Positions 28,858-39,989 are shown, counted from the stretch's first letter. The stretch: 57,521 bases of DNA from Terriglobus sp. (GCA_026225595.1 JAMFTB010000286.1:1-57521); one strand, 5' to 3'. Made by a program: numbers and translations. Notes: generated by a model not told the origin, from the sequence alone.

Positions 28858-30630
28858 TTACCTGCGTTTCTTGGCTGAAGCTTTTGACTTTGAGGCTGAA
28901 GCTTTTCCGTGGGATGTCTTCGAGGCGGCCTTGCGGCGGCCGCGGCTTGCGGGCGCGAGGCGCACTGGCTCTGCCACGTAAATCTTTCTGCCTGCGGCCA
29001 GCGTGGACGAGCTCAGGCCGTTCCACTGGCGCAGGTCCTGCGTGGTGATGTTGAAGCGGTCGGCGACTGTGACCAGCGTGTCTCCGCGGCGGGTGGTGTA
29101 CTGCAGCGGGTGTGCGCCTGCGCTGGAGCCTGCCACCGGGATGACGAGGTCGTCGCCTTCCTCAATGGTTGAGTTTGCGGGCAGGTCGTTGGCTGCCAGC
29201 AGATCAGCCGGTGCAACTTTGTACTGCTGTGCCACCTGCTCCAGCGTCTCGCCTGCAAGTGCCTCATGGAATCGCCATGAGAGGCGCTTTGACTCTGGAA
29301 TCGCCGCGATGCGTTCGTCAAACTGCTTCTTGGTGCCAACCGGAATGTGCAGGTCAAACGGAATGTTGTCTGGAGTGCTTAGCCGAAGCATGGCCGGGTT
29401 CAGGCTCACCAGATTGTTGACCGTGGTGCCGGTAACATCCGCGGCTAGCCGCAGGTCCATGGCGTAGTCCACGTGTACCGTGTCGTACACCACGGGTGGG
29501 TCAGCCTGGATGTTGGTCAGGCCATACTTCTCAGGATTTTTGGCCATGATGATGGCTGCCAGAATCTGCGGGACGTAGTTCTTCGTCTCTCGCGGCATGG
29601 CGTTGCGGCGGTATAGCTGCCAGTAGTCGGCATAGCCCGTGCGCTGTACAGCCTTCTGCACGTTGCCGGGGCCCCAGTCGTACCCGGCCATGGCCAGGTA
29701 CCAGTCGCCAAACTGGTTGTAGAGCGACTTGATGTAACGCGCATACGCACGCGAACTTTTTTCCGGGTCAAAGCGTTCGTCAAAGTAGCCGTTGCGCTGC
29801 AGGCCATAGGCACTGGCAAACGGCATGAACTGCCACATGCCGCCTGCGCCGCTGCCGGCGTTCATGGCCTGCGGCTGAAAGCCGGATTCTGCAACGGCAA
29901 GGTAGATCAGATCCTGCGGCACACCCTCCTGCCGCAGTTCGGCCTGCATCATGTCTTTGTATTTGCCCGCGCGCTGCAGGCTGCTGACCATGTGCGCGTG
30001 GAACGAAGACGAGTTGGCATAGGCGTTGATGTAGCCCGCAACCTCGTCGTTGATGACGAGCGGCAGGTCTGACGTGACGTTCAGGCTGCTGCGCAGGCTT
30101 GCGGTCACTTCCGGCGATGCGGGCGCGAAGGTCAGGTCATTGGCCGCTTCAACGGGTGACTCTTCCACCTTGGGGCTAAAGCCGTTGCCCTGCTTCAGCG
30201 CGTCCATCTCCAGCGCGTTCACGGCGTCCACGGTGCGTTCAAACTCGGCACTCAAAGTGGGGTCGCTATGGACGTCGATGCCGCTGGTCAGCATCAGGTC
30301 CACGGCAAAGTCAAAGTCCAGCCGGGCCGCGTCCAGCTTTCCGCTGCGATAGTTCCCAACGCCGCTGCGGTAGCTGCGGTCCACCTGCGCGATGAGTGCG
30401 GCAACCTTGGCCTGCTCCGTTGGGGAGGCAGCGGTGGGAGTGCCTGCGGCACCCGGCAGTCCCGGTGCGGTGGCATTGGCGGGCTGCGTTACCGGCGCCG
30501 TCTGCGGGCAACCGGCCAGCAGAACCACCGACAGGGAGGCCGCCGCTGCCAGAAGCATGCGGTGTGCAGGGTTGGCGGCAGCAGCCGGTCGGCGGGATCG
30601 CATCAGCGGGTCAATCGACACAGGGGACAT
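28858..30630 (-). CDS. Lytic murein transglycosylase (MltD-like) lipoprotein with LysM domains; start uncertain
   Basis: LAGC lipobox, YLAVAESG, AGGMWQFM, ETKNYVP, two to three LysM repeats. Confidence 0.9.
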   Translation of the reverse strand: MSPVSIDPLMRSRRPAAAANPAHRMLLAAAASLSVVLLAGCPQTAPVTQPANATAPGLPGAAGTPTAASPTEQAKVAALIAQVDRSYRSGVGNYRSGKLDAARLDFDFAVDLMLTSGIDVHSDPTLSAEFERTVDAVNALEMDALKQGNGFSPKVEESPVEAANDLTFAPASPEVTASLRSSLNVTSDLPLVINDEVAGYINAYANSSSFHAHMVSSLQRAGKYKDMMQAELRQEGVPQDLIYLAVAESGFQPQAMNAGSGAGGMWQFMPFASAYGLQRNGYFDERFDPEKSSRAYARYIKSLYNQFGDWYLAMAGYDWGPGNVQKAVQRTGYADYWQLYRRNAMPRETKNYVPQILAAIIMAKNPEKYGLTNIQADPPVVYDTVHVDYAMDLRLAADVTGTTVNNLVSLNPAMLRLSTPDNIPFDLHIPVGTKKQFDERIAAIPESKRLSWRFHEALAGETLEQVAQQYKVAPADLLAANDLPANSTIEEGDDLVIPVAGSSAGAHPLQYTTRRGDTLVTVADRFNITTQDLRQWNGLSSSTLAAGRKIYVAEPVRLAPASRGRRKAASKTSHGKASASKSKASAKKRR

Positions 30631-30827
30631 TCTATCGGTGTGCGGGTGTCCCGCGCTGAGACACCATTTCTGCCCGTTGCGTGGCAGTGCCGCTGGACCT
30701 ACGTCCGTCGCGCGAGGCTTTTGCGCTATGGCGGGCTTGATTTCCCGGGACGATGCTGATTCTTGAGGACAAAAGACAGCGCGTTTCCTGCAGCGTTGGT
30801 CTTTTGAAGTAGAAAGGAGCGTCGTCC

Positions 30828-30989
30828 ATGTCCGCACCCTTGTTGGCCCTTACCGCCGTTGCATTTGTGGTTTTGCTGGCTGCTGTTACGGAACAGGAAC
30901 ACCGCGCGCGGATGCGTGAGCGTGAAGCCCGGCGGCTTCGAAATGCCCATGAGTACTGGACCGATGCATCGCCGCGCTCACTGCGGTAA
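30828..30989 (+). CDS. 53-aa small membrane-anchored protein (not in the ORF track)
   Basis: AAAGGAG SD; MSAPLLALTAVAFVVLLAAVTEQEHRARMREREARRLRNAHEYWTDASPRSLR*. Confidence 0.55.
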   Translation: MSAPLLALTAVAFVVLLAAVTEQEHRARMREREARRLRNAHEYWTDASPRSLR

Positions 30990-31000
30990 TCTAAGGGTTC

Positions 31001-31375
31001 ATGCGCACCCTCCGCGCCATTTTCGCCGCACTGCTCGGCGCCCTCATCGTGCTGGCGCTTTACCTTGCATGGTTCTTCAAGGTCACCCACCAGGTCACGC
31101 CGTGGGACGGTGCCCCCGTCGGCTTTATTGCGCTTACCTGCGTGGTTGCTGCGGTATGCGGCCTGCTGGGCGGCCTGGCCGCCGCATGGCTCGCGCCGGA
31201 GACACCGCGCGGATCGGCTGAAGGCGCAGCAGGCTTTGTGGCGTTGGCTGCATTGTTTGCAGAGACGCACACGCCCGGCCAGCATCACTACGCACAGATG
31301 GTCGCGCTGCTGGTGGCCGCGCCGGTGGCCTACTTCATCGGCCGCACACGTCCCGTGGCTCCTGTCTCGCGCTGA
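31001..31375 (+). CDS. Hypothetical four-helix membrane protein
   Basis: Four hydrophobic segments; host-like codon usage. Confidence 0.7.
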   Translation: MRTLRAIFAALLGALIVLALYLAWFFKVTHQVTPWDGAPVGFIALTCVVAAVCGLLGGLAAAWLAPETPRGSAEGAAGFVALAALFAETHTPGQHHYAQMVALLVAAPVAYFIGRTRPVAPVSR

Positions 31376-31389
31376 TCATTTGATGATTA

Positions 31390-31476
31390 GCGGCTTTAGC
31401 CGCCGAGATTCGGATATCGGTGGCTAAAGCCACACTCCGTTAAGGTTCTCTGTTCTATCCCAGCGGCTAAAGCCGC
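31390..31476. repeat. Degenerate family-2 REP hairpins
   Basis: GCGGCTTTAGCCGC, GTGGCTAAAGCCAC, GCGGCTAAAGCCGC. Confidence 0.7.
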
Positions 31477-31550
31477 TCGCTGCTTCGGTGAAACTCAAGC
31501 AATTCCGTGGAACGCAAAGCGATTATCTGAGGGATGCTAGAGTTTTTGCG

Positions 31551-33143
31551 ATGAGCTTTTCCCACGTTTCACGTCAGCGCCTCTCCCGCCGCTATTTTTT
31601 ACAGAACGCCTCTATCGCTGCAGGCACGCTTGCCGTGCCGTCGCTGCTGCGCGCGCAGGCCGCCTCTGCCGCCGCTGATGCATCCAGCGTCACGTTGAAG
31701 GTGATCAACACGCCGGGGCCAAAGGTACCGCTGGATTTCATCGGCCTGTCGTACGAGAACATGCAGTTGGAAGACGCGACCTTCTTCTCGCCGGAGAATG
31801 TGGGCCTGGTGCAGCAGTTCCGCGCCATGGCTCCTCGCGGCGTGCTGCGGCTGGGCGGCAACACCAGCGAGTTTGGATGGTGGAAAGTCACGGCCGAAAC
31901 GCCAGCGCCGCAGCGTGTTGACTCGCCGTGGAAGCACGCCGGTGAGCCGGTTGCTGCGACCATGTTCGCCATCACGCCCAAGGCCGTCGACAACCTGGAC
32001 GGCTTTCTGAAGGCCACCGGATGGACGTGCATCTATGGCCTGAACCTTGGCTATGGAACCCCCGAGGTGGATGTTGCAGAGGCAACCTACGTCTTCAACA
32101 AGCTGGGACCGCGGCTGCAGTACTTCCAGGTGGGCAACGAGGTGGACCTGTTCAAGGGCCATCTGCGCAACCCGGATACGTGGAATGTGGATGCCTACAT
32201 GGCGGAGTGGTTGAAGATTGCGCGTGCGGTGCAGAAGGCGCTGCCCGGCGCAAAGTTCGGCATGCCGGATGTGGCGAGCGACGTGACCTGGCTGCCGCAG
32301 ATCGCAGAGAAGTGGGCGGCCGTGCAGGACAAGCCGAACGTCATCACGCTGTCGCATCACTACTACTGGAACGGTCCGCCGGATAACCCGGAAGCCAGCA
32401 TCGTGAACCTGCTGAAGATTGATCCCAAGGTCGCCGAGAAAGCTGCCGACACGAAGCGTGCCGCGGAGAAATTTGGCGCTGGGCAGTCGCACGCGGTGAC
32501 GTGGCGCATGACAGAGGGCAACACGGTCTATCGCGGCGGCAAGTGGGGCGTCAGTGACGTGTTTGCCTCGGCGCTGTGGGGCGCGGACTACCTCTTTCAG
32601 CTGATGAGCGACGGCTATTGCGGCGTGAACCTGCATGGTGGCAGCGGTCACGCGCAGGCGGTCAGTGTGGGTGGCGTCTTCCACGGCGAGGCGCTGATGC
32701 CGGACAAGGACACGCCGCATCCCAAGCCCTTCTACACGCCCATTGCCAATGAGGGCACGCTTGCCGGCCATGGCGTGGACGGCAAGCTGAACGGCAAGTA
32801 CGTGATGGAGCCGGTGGGCTGGGGCATGAAGTTTGCCGCGGCCTTTGCGGGCGCAACCATGCTGCCGGTGGAGTTCAATGCAGGTGCTGTGAACGCCGTT
32901 GCGTACGCCGCGCGCAGGGCAGACGGCAAGGTTATAGTTGCCATCCTGAACAAAGACGCGGCGCAGCCGCTCTCGGTGACAGCACCGTTCTTTGACACCA
33001 TCCAGGTGCTCACCGGCGCGTCGCTGGAAGCGCACGAGGCGCATGTGGGCACGGTGGTCCGCGAGACCAGCAGCCGCCGATCCACCGCCGGACAGACGTT
33101 CACGTTGCCCGCGCACATGGGGACGCTCATCGTCCTGCAGTAG
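31551..33143 (+). CDS. Tat-exported glycoside hydrolase, GH79-like
   Basis: SRRYFL Tat motif, LRLGGN, VGNEVD, MTEGN, GVSDVFASALW. Confidence 0.85.
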   Translation: MSFSHVSRQRLSRRYFLQNASIAAGTLAVPSLLRAQAASAAADASSVTLKVINTPGPKVPLDFIGLSYENMQLEDATFFSPENVGLVQQFRAMAPRGVLRLGGNTSEFGWWKVTAETPAPQRVDSPWKHAGEPVAATMFAITPKAVDNLDGFLKATGWTCIYGLNLGYGTPEVDVAEATYVFNKLGPRLQYFQVGNEVDLFKGHLRNPDTWNVDAYMAEWLKIARAVQKALPGAKFGMPDVASDVTWLPQIAEKWAAVQDKPNVITLSHHYYWNGPPDNPEASIVNLLKIDPKVAEKAADTKRAAEKFGAGQSHAVTWRMTEGNTVYRGGKWGVSDVFASALWGADYLFQLMSDGYCGVNLHGGSGHAQAVSVGGVFHGEALMPDKDTPHPKPFYTPIANEGTLAGHGVDGKLNGKYVMEPVGWGMKFAAAFAGATMLPVEFNAGAVNAVAYAARRADGKVIVAILNKDAAQPLSVTAPFFDTIQVLTGASLEAHEAHVGTVVRETSSRRSTAGQTFTLPAHMGTLIVLQ

Positions 33144-33228
33144 CTGTATTCGCTCCGGACGCGGATTTAATTGCGTGCGCGAAAGATATGATGACGCAGG
33201 CCGCAGGCGATGCTATCGTGATCGCTCC

Positions 33229-35376
33229 ATGCGCCCCGCCTATCTGCTTACCGTCAGCGTTCTCGCCCTCCCCTTTGCTTTTGCTGCCGGACAGGCTCCA
33301 GCAACACCGCCAGCCGCCGCTAGGCCTGCAGCGCCGCCAGCCATGCCTGCTGGTATGCCGCCGCGGCCTGATCCCGGCAAGCAGCCGCTGCCGCAGGCGT
33401 TGACGAAGATGGCCGCGCCCATGCTTGCGGAGCGTGTGCAAGCGATGGCTGCGGTGAAGACGGAGGCGGATGCAAAGGCTCGGCAGGCACACGTGCGCGA
33501 GACGATGTTGCAGCTGATGGGCGGCTTGCCCGGCGGCACAGACCAGCCCGCGGGTCCGCTGAATGCACGCGTGGTGGGCACGGTGGACCAGCCCGGCTTC
33601 CGCGTGGAGAAGATCCTCTATGACAGCCTGCCCGGCTATCACGTAACCGCGACGCTCTACCTGCCTACGACTGGAACCGGACCCTATCCCGCTGTGATTT
33701 ACAGCGCGGGCCACGGCCCCTTCGGCAAGACAGAGGCCTACGGCACCGGCGCAAATCTCGCGCACAACGGCATTGCCGTCCTCGCGTACGATCCGCTGGG
33801 CGCTGGCGAACGTCTGCAGGCGATGGACCCGGTCACAGGCAGAAGCTACGCGGGTGCGGATGAGCACTCGCTGGCCAACATTCCCATCTCGCTCATCGGC
33901 GACAGCGTCTCGCGCTACATGCTGTGGGACGCGATGCGCGGCATCGACTATCTGCAGACTCGGCCGGAGATTGCGAAGGATCGCATCGGCTCCTATGGCT
34001 GCTCCGGCGGCGGCACCATGTCGGCATACATTACGGCGCTGGACACGCGCGTGAAGGCGGGCATGGTCGCCTGCTTTACCACCACGTATGACGCTCTGCT
34101 GAACTCCATTGGCCCACAGGATGGTGAGCAGGTGCTCTTCAACTTTGTGAAAAACGGACTCGACTTTCCGGACTTCCTTGAAGTGACCGCGCCGCGCGCA
34201 TTTGCCGAGGTTGCCACCACGGAGGATATGTTTCCGTTTGTGGGTGCGAAGGCGGCGCATGACGAGGCGGCGCGCTTCTACGGTCTGCTGGGCGCGGAGG
34301 ACAAGCTTGGCTTCTTCACCGGACCAGGTGGCCACGGCGCCATTCAGCCGGAGCAGGTGCAGATCTTCAAATTCCTGATGCATAACCTTGCCGGCAACGA
34401 TGCGGAGCCGAAGCTGGAGCGCTACGGCTTCCGCGCGCCCATTGACCTGCGCGACACCACCACCGGGCAGGTGACCACGTCCATGCCCGGACGGACCATC
34501 TACCAGATCAACCAGGAACGCGCGGCCAAGCTGATGCCCAAGGCCGTGGCTGTGACTTCAAAGGCGCAGCTTACGGCTCTGCAGGATCGTCTGAAGCGCG
34601 AGATTTCGCAGGTGACCGGTATGTTGCCGCCAGCGGCGACTCCACCTGCGGTGACGGTAAAGAGCAGCGAAGACGTTGACGGTATCCACGTGGAGCGCAT
34701 CACCTTTGCCAGCCGCACCGGCATTGAACTGCCGGGCGTGTTGGTGCGCGGCAACGGAACTACTGCACGGCTGATCTTTACGGCTGACGCGCTGGACCCT
34801 GCGCCTGCCATGCTGCTGAAAGCGTCGCAGGGCCAGACAGTGCTGTTGCTGAACTCGCTACCGTGGCCTCCGTCTGTCGATGAGTTGAAGCCGCTCTTCG
34901 GCACCACGCTGCCCATGACCTCGCGTGCATTCCTCATTGGCAAAACGTTTGTGGGCATGCGCGCGGACGATGTGCTGGCCGCGGTGCAGTATCTCTCCAC
35001 GCTGGGCGCAACCAGCGTCGCGGCAGAGGCTGACGGCACCGCCGCCGTCGCGCTGCTGCATGCAGCCGTGCTGGAGCCGCGTATCGCATCGCTACGGCTG
35101 ACAGGCATGCTCAGCAGCTACAAGTCTGTGCTGGAGGCCCGACCGAATCGCCTGGTTACAGAGGCCGTGGTGCCCGGCGTTCTGCTGCACTACGACCTGG
35201 ACGACCTGGTGCTGGCCATGGGAGAACGCCCGGTGACGCTGGTGGACCCGGTGGATGGCTCGGATCGCCGACTGACACAGGGGGAGTTCGAGTCTGAGTT
35301 CGCGCGGCCTATTGCTGCGGCGAAGTCGCTGCATGAAAAGGATGCAATCCGGTTCGTTCGATCTCCCCAGTCCTAG
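33229..35376 (+). CDS. Exported alpha/beta hydrolase (acetylxylan esterase-like)
   Basis: GCSGGG nucleophile elbow, WDAMRGIDYL, signal peptide. Confidence 0.85.
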   Translation: MRPAYLLTVSVLALPFAFAAGQAPATPPAAARPAAPPAMPAGMPPRPDPGKQPLPQALTKMAAPMLAERVQAMAAVKTEADAKARQAHVRETMLQLMGGLPGGTDQPAGPLNARVVGTVDQPGFRVEKILYDSLPGYHVTATLYLPTTGTGPYPAVIYSAGHGPFGKTEAYGTGANLAHNGIAVLAYDPLGAGERLQAMDPVTGRSYAGADEHSLANIPISLIGDSVSRYMLWDAMRGIDYLQTRPEIAKDRIGSYGCSGGGTMSAYITALDTRVKAGMVACFTTTYDALLNSIGPQDGEQVLFNFVKNGLDFPDFLEVTAPRAFAEVATTEDMFPFVGAKAAHDEAARFYGLLGAEDKLGFFTGPGGHGAIQPEQVQIFKFLMHNLAGNDAEPKLERYGFRAPIDLRDTTTGQVTTSMPGRTIYQINQERAAKLMPKAVAVTSKAQLTALQDRLKREISQVTGMLPPAATPPAVTVKSSEDVDGIHVERITFASRTGIELPGVLVRGNGTTARLIFTADALDPAPAMLLKASQGQTVLLLNSLPWPPSVDELKPLFGTTLPMTSRAFLIGKTFVGMRADDVLAAVQYLSTLGATSVAAEADGTAAVALLHAAVLEPRIASLRLTGMLSSYKSVLEARPNRLVTEAVVPGVLLHYDLDDLVLAMGERPVTLVDPVDGSDRRLTQGEFESEFARPIAAAKSLHEKDAIRFVRSPQS

Positions 35377-35439
35377 GCATGTTGTGAGATGGTTTCAAGG
35401 GCGCGTTTTTGCATCTTGAACCTGTCGCCATTTCACTCT

Positions 35440-36918
35440 ATGACTTTCATATCGACTCCTTTGAATCGCCGTTCCTTGCTGGGCAGTGTCGCGGCCGTGG
35501 CGCTTACCGCAGTAGTGCGCCCTGCGCAGGATGCACTGGCGCAATACACCAAGCGCGACCTGACGGAGCGCCCTCCGCTGGCAGAGCGGCTCTTTCATTC
35601 GCCTGCGGTTGAGGAGGCCATCGCCTCCGTCAGCCGCGACATCGCGGACACCGAGCTGCGGACGATCTTTGCCAACTGCCTGCCCAACACGCTGGATACA
35701 ACGGTCTTTCCGGGCATGCGCAACGGCAAGCCGGATACGTTCGTCATCACCGGCGATATTGATGCGCTGTGGCTGCGGGACTCCTCCGCGCAGATGCAGC
35801 CGTACCTGCAGTTCGCAAAGCAGGACGCGAAGCTGGCGCGGCTGATCGAGGGGCTCATTCATCGCCATGCGCAGTGCATCCTCATCGATCCTTATGCGAA
35901 TGCCTTCCGGCGCAATCCGGACGACGCACCGCTGAGCTGGGCGGTGCACGACGACACAGACCACAAGCCCGGCGTGGGCGAGCGCAAGTGGGAGGTGGAC
36001 TCGCTCTGCTACCCCATTCGGCTGGCGCATGGCTACTGGAAGGCGACCGGCAACACCGAAGCGTTTGACTCAGCCTGGGTCCACGCGATGCAGCTGGTGC
36101 TTGCAACCTTCCGCCAGCAGCAGCGCCTGCACGATCAGGGGCCCTATCATTTTCAGCGCAGCGCAAAGAACCCCACGGATTCCGTCACGCTGGACGGCTA
36201 CGGTGCGCCCACGCGGCCCAATGGCATGTTGCACTCCATCTTCCGTCCGTCAGACGATGCGTGCACCTACCCGTTGTTTGTTCCGGCAAATCTCTTTGCG
36301 GTGAACGCTCTGCGCATGCTGGCAGAGCTGGCCAACGCGGTGCATCAAAATTCGCTTGCGACAGAGGCAACACATCTCTCACAGCAGGTGCTGGATGCCA
36401 CCGTGCAGCACGGCCGCGTGCAACATCCTGTTCATGGCGAGATATGGGCTTACGAGGTGGATGGCTTTGGCAACACCAACCTCATGGACGACGCCAACGC
36501 ACCCGGCCTGCTGAGCCTGGCTTATCTAGCCGCGGTGGGGCGCAACGAAAAAGGTGTGCTGGACGATGCGTTGTATGCACGCACGCGCGCCTTTGCTCTG
36601 TCTCCGGACAATCCTTACTTCTTCAAGGGCTCTGCTGCAGAGGGGATTGGCGGGCCGCACGTGGGCATCGGATTCATCTGGCCCATGGCCATCACCATGC
36701 GCGCGCTCACCAGCACAGACGATGCAGAGATCACCACCTGCCTGCGCACGCTGCGCAACACCACCGCGGGCACGCACTTTATGCACGAGACCTTTCAGAT
36801 GGACGACCCATCAAAGTTCACGCGGCCCTGGTTCGCATGGGCCAACACGCTGTTTGGCGAACTGGTGCTGCAGGTGCATCGTGAACGGCCGCATCTGCTG
36901 AAGCAGAACTTTGGTTGA
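35440..36918 (+). CDS. Glycoside hydrolase family 125 (exo-alpha-1,6-mannosidase-like), Tat signal
   Basis: [43 protein letters not shown]. Confidence 0.93.
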   Translation: MTFISTPLNRRSLLGSVAAVALTAVVRPAQDALAQYTKRDLTERPPLAERLFHSPAVEEAIASVSRDIADTELRTIFANCLPNTLDTTVFPGMRNGKPDTFVITGDIDALWLRDSSAQMQPYLQFAKQDAKLARLIEGLIHRHAQCILIDPYANAFRRNPDDAPLSWAVHDDTDHKPGVGERKWEVDSLCYPIRLAHGYWKATGNTEAFDSAWVHAMQLVLATFRQQQRLHDQGPYHFQRSAKNPTDSVTLDGYGAPTRPNGMLHSIFRPSDDACTYPLFVPANLFAVNALRMLAELANAVHQNSLATEATHLSQQVLDATVQHGRVQHPVHGEIWAYEVDGFGNTNLMDDANAPGLLSLAYLAAVGRNEKGVLDDALYARTRAFALSPDNPYFFKGSAAEGIGGPHVGIGFIWPMAITMRALTSTDDAEITTCLRTLRNTTAGTHFMHETFQMDDPSKFTRPWFAWANTLFGELVLQVHRERPHLLKQNFG

Positions 36919-37077
36919 TTATTGGTATGACTTCCTATCCAGTTCGTCTGACCCTTTTGTGTATTGGAGGCTGCGCCATAGCCGACATACACTGGAATCG
37001 ATGAGTCCGATGAAGCAAGAAGTGACGACGCAGTTTTTCCCGAACACGAAGTTTGGCCAGCAAATGCAGGTGGCGTT

Positions 37078-37713
37078 ATGAACCGGCGGGTCGCGGCGCT
37101 GGTGTTGGCGGCTGGTGGCTCATCGCGGCTGGGCCAGCCCAAACAGCTGCTCACCTTCAAGGGAGAACGGCTGCTGGATCGCGCCATCCGCATAGCGCAG
37201 GAGACCGGGGCCGACCCCATTTTTGTGGTGCTGGGTGCGGAGTACGAGCGCATCCTGGACACGCTGCCCTCGCCCTCAGACGGCGGCCCGCGCATCCTCA
37301 TCAACAAGGCGTGGCACACCGGCATGGCCAGCTCCATTGCGCTGGGCGTGGTGGCGGCTGAGCGTGTGGGTGCGGACGACCTGCTGGTGCTGACCTGCGA
37401 CCAGATGTTTGTGACGCCGGTGCATCTACTGCGCTTGGTGGAAGTGTCCAACCGCGAGCATGTTGTGGCATCTTACTTTGCAGGCAAGCGCGGCATCCCT
37501 GCGCTGTTTCCAGAGTTTTCCTTCCACGCGTTGCAGGAACTATCCGGCGACAGCGGAGCGCGCGAGGTGCTGCAGGATGAAGCCGTGCTGACCGTGGCGC
37601 TGGCAGGCGGCGAGTTTGATGTGGATACGCCGGAAGACCTATTGCGCATGCGAGAGATGGAGCGTGAAGCCGAGGCAGCTTCAGTCGGTGCAGACGCGGA
37701 GAGCGCAGCCTGA
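37078..37713 (+). CDS. Nucleotidyltransferase (MocA/YgfJ-like)
   Basis: LAAGGSSRLGQPKQLL, CDQ, DVDTPED. Confidence 0.88.
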   Translation: MNRRVAALVLAAGGSSRLGQPKQLLTFKGERLLDRAIRIAQETGADPIFVVLGAEYERILDTLPSPSDGGPRILINKAWHTGMASSIALGVVAAERVGADDLLVLTCDQMFVTPVHLLRLVEVSNREHVVASYFAGKRGIPALFPEFSFHALQELSGDSGAREVLQDEAVLTVALAGGEFDVDTPEDLLRMREMEREAEAASVGADAESAA

Positions 37714-37715
37714 GC

Positions 37716-38336
37716 ATGTCCACAAGCGACTACACGCGCGACCGCGCATGGGCTCTGCTGACAGAGTGGACCACCTCGTCAAGCCTCATCAAACACGCGC
37801 TGGCCGTGGAGACATGCACCCACTTCTACGGCTTCCTTGAAGCATCGCGGCTGGGGCTGACGGGCGATGAGGCGGCAGAGTTTGCCTTGCCTTACAGCCT
37901 TGCAGGTCTGTTGCATGACTTTGACTATGACCGCCACCAGTCGCTGGACGAGCATCCCTACGTGGGCAACCGCGTCCTCACGGAGCAAGGCTGGCCTGAG
38001 TCCGTTCGCCACGCCATCATGGCGCACGCGGACTACACCGGCACGCCGCGCGACAGCCACCTGGACCGTGCGCTGTTTGCCTGCGATGAGCTGGCAGGTT
38101 TTCTAACCGCGTGTGCTCTGGTGAAGCCAACGAAATCCATCCACGATGTGGACGCGGCCGGCGTGAAGAAAAAGATGAAGGACAAAGCCTTCGCACGCGC
38201 CGTGAGCCGCGACGATATGACCAACGGAGCCGCGCTGCTCGACATCCCGATTGAAGAGCACATCGGTAACTGCTTGCATGCCATGCAGCAGTCAGCCGCA
38301 ACGCTTGGCCTTGAAGGCGTAGCGCCGACGGCATAG
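37716..38336 (+). CDS. HD-superfamily hydrolase
   Basis: KHALAVE, GLLHDFD, ACDELAG, KMKDKAFA. Confidence 0.88.
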   Translation: MSTSDYTRDRAWALLTEWTTSSSLIKHALAVETCTHFYGFLEASRLGLTGDEAAEFALPYSLAGLLHDFDYDRHQSLDEHPYVGNRVLTEQGWPESVRHAIMAHADYTGTPRDSHLDRALFACDELAGFLTACALVKPTKSIHDVDAAGVKKKMKDKAFARAVSRDDMTNGAALLDIPIEEHIGNCLHAMQQSAATLGLEGVAPTA

Positions 38337-38388
38337 TCTTCAGGGTTCCTTGCCGCGCTGCTCTTCGCGCGTCCGGTACACTCAGCGA

Positions 38389-38973
38389 ATGCCACGCCGC
38401 AAGACCGACGACAAGCATGCCGCGATATTACGGGCGGCGATTCAGGTAATCGCAGAGCGCGGTCTCTCTGCTGCGCCTACATCTGCCATCTCAAAGGCGG
38501 CAGGCGTTGCTGAGGGCACGCTGTTCACCTATTTCGCCACCAAGCAGGATCTGGCGAATGCGCTGTATATCGACATCAAGCTGCAGCTTGCGGAGAAGCT
38601 ATTTGCGCGCGAGCCGGATGCCGCGAACGCGCGTGGCTTGATGCAGCATCACTGGAATCGGTTTGTGCAGTGGGGCGTTGCAAATCCCAGCCATCTGCGT
38701 GTGCTGGACCAGCTGACAGCCAGCGGTATGATCTCGCCGAAGATTGCAGCAGAAGGCTCAGCGCCGTTTGCGCAGCTGGAGCAAATGGTGCGTGCGGCGA
38801 TCCGGTCTGGTGTGCTGCGCAAGGTGCCATTCCTGCTGCTTACCAGCACCTTTGAGGCCATGGCGCAGAACACCATCCGGCAGATCAACGCGGGCATTGA
38901 AACGCCCGGCAAGCTGCGTCGGCTGGGTTTTGAGATTCTGTGGCGCGGCCTGGCCGTCCGTCCCGACGAATAA
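38389..38973 (+). CDS. TetR/AcrR family regulator
   Basis: AGVAEGTLFTYFATK HTH. Confidence 0.92.
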   Translation: MPRRKTDDKHAAILRAAIQVIAERGLSAAPTSAISKAAGVAEGTLFTYFATKQDLANALYIDIKLQLAEKLFAREPDAANARGLMQHHWNRFVQWGVANPSHLRVLDQLTASGMISPKIAAEGSAPFAQLEQMVRAAIRSGVLRKVPFLLLTSTFEAMAQNTIRQINAGIETPGKLRRLGFEILWRGLAVRPDE

Positions 38974-39031
38974 TCCTGAAAAAACTTGCACCGCGCCGCA
39001 TCGTGGGGTAATCCTATCTCTGTTGAATAAA

Positions 39032-39045
39032 TGAGTAATCACTCA
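39032..39045. promoter_or_regulatory. Putative TetR operator
   Basis: TGAGT-AATC-ACTCA palindrome just upstream of the SDR gene's SD. Confidence 0.55.
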
Positions 39046-39062
39046 AAAATGGAGATCATGCA

Positions 39063-39989
39063 ATGAAAACCCCCTGGACCGTAAACGATATTCCGCCGCA
39101 GAACGGCCGCACCGCCATCATTACGGGCACGGGCGGCATTGGTTATGAGTGTGCGCTGGCGATTGCAGGAGCCGGGGCAAATGTCATTCTGGCCGGCCGT
39201 AACCGCGCCAAGGGCGAGGAGTCCGTGGCGCGCATCAAGCGCGCTCACCCGCAGGCCTGCATCCAGTTTGAGGCGTTGGATCTGGCTGACCTGGAATCGA
39301 TAAAGGAGTTTGCCGCGCGTATGCGCGCACAACATTCACACATCGACATCCTCATCAACAACGCGGCGGTGATGGCGCTGCCCAAGCGGCAGACCACGAA
39401 GGATGGTTTTGAGATGCAGTTTGGCACCAACCACCTGGGCCACTTTGCGCTCACGCTGCAGTTGTTGCCGCTGCTGCATGGCAGCCGCATCACCACGGTG
39501 AGCAGCACCGCAAACCAGATGGGCAAGATCAACTTCGACGACCTGCAATCGGAGAAGAGCTACTCGCCAATGTTTGGCGCGTACAGCCAGGCGAAGATCG
39601 CAAACATTCTGTTCGCTGCGGAACTGCAGCGTCGGGCGGATGCGGCGGGCATTCCGCTCACCAGCAATTCCGCGCATCCCGGCTTCGCTCGTACAGACCT
39701 TATTGCCAACGGTCCCGGCACCGACAGCTTCATGAACCGCGTCAGCAAGTACACGCTGCGGCCCTTCTTCAGTCAGTCTGCAGCGGCGGGTGCGCTGCCG
39801 GAGCTGTACGCAGCCACCTCCACCGAGGCGCGCGGCTTTGAGTATTACGGCCCGCGTGACCGCATGGAGCTGCGTGGACCTGTGACGCATGCCAAGATTG
39901 TGAAGCGTGCCGGAAGCGCCGCGGATGCGAAGCGGCTGTGGGAGATTTCTGAGCGGCTTACCGGTGTCGTTTTCCCTGCAAATGTGTAG
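39063..39989 (+). CDS. SDR oxidoreductase (retinol/protochlorophyllide reductase-like)
   Basis: TGTGGIG, INNAAVM, QFGTNHLGHF, YSQAK. Confidence 0.92.
   Translation: MKTPWTVNDIPPQNGRTAIITGTGGIGYECALAIAGAGANVILAGRNRAKGEESVARIKRAHPQACIQFEALDLADLESIKEFAARMRAQHSHIDILINNAAVMALPKRQTTKDGFEMQFGTNHLGHFALTLQLLPLLHGSRITTVSSTANQMGKINFDDLQSEKSYSPMFGAYSQAKIANILFAAELQRRADAAGIPLTSNSAHPGFARTDLIANGPGTDSFMNRVSKYTLRPFFSQSAAAGALPELYAATSTEARGFEYYGPRDRMELRGPVTHAKIVKRAGSAADAKRLWEISERLTGVVFPANV

Noticed and set aside
36919-37077. ncRNA or gene remnant in the AT-rich gap before the nucleotidyltransferase
   Set aside because: No recognisable structure, motif or coherent ORF.
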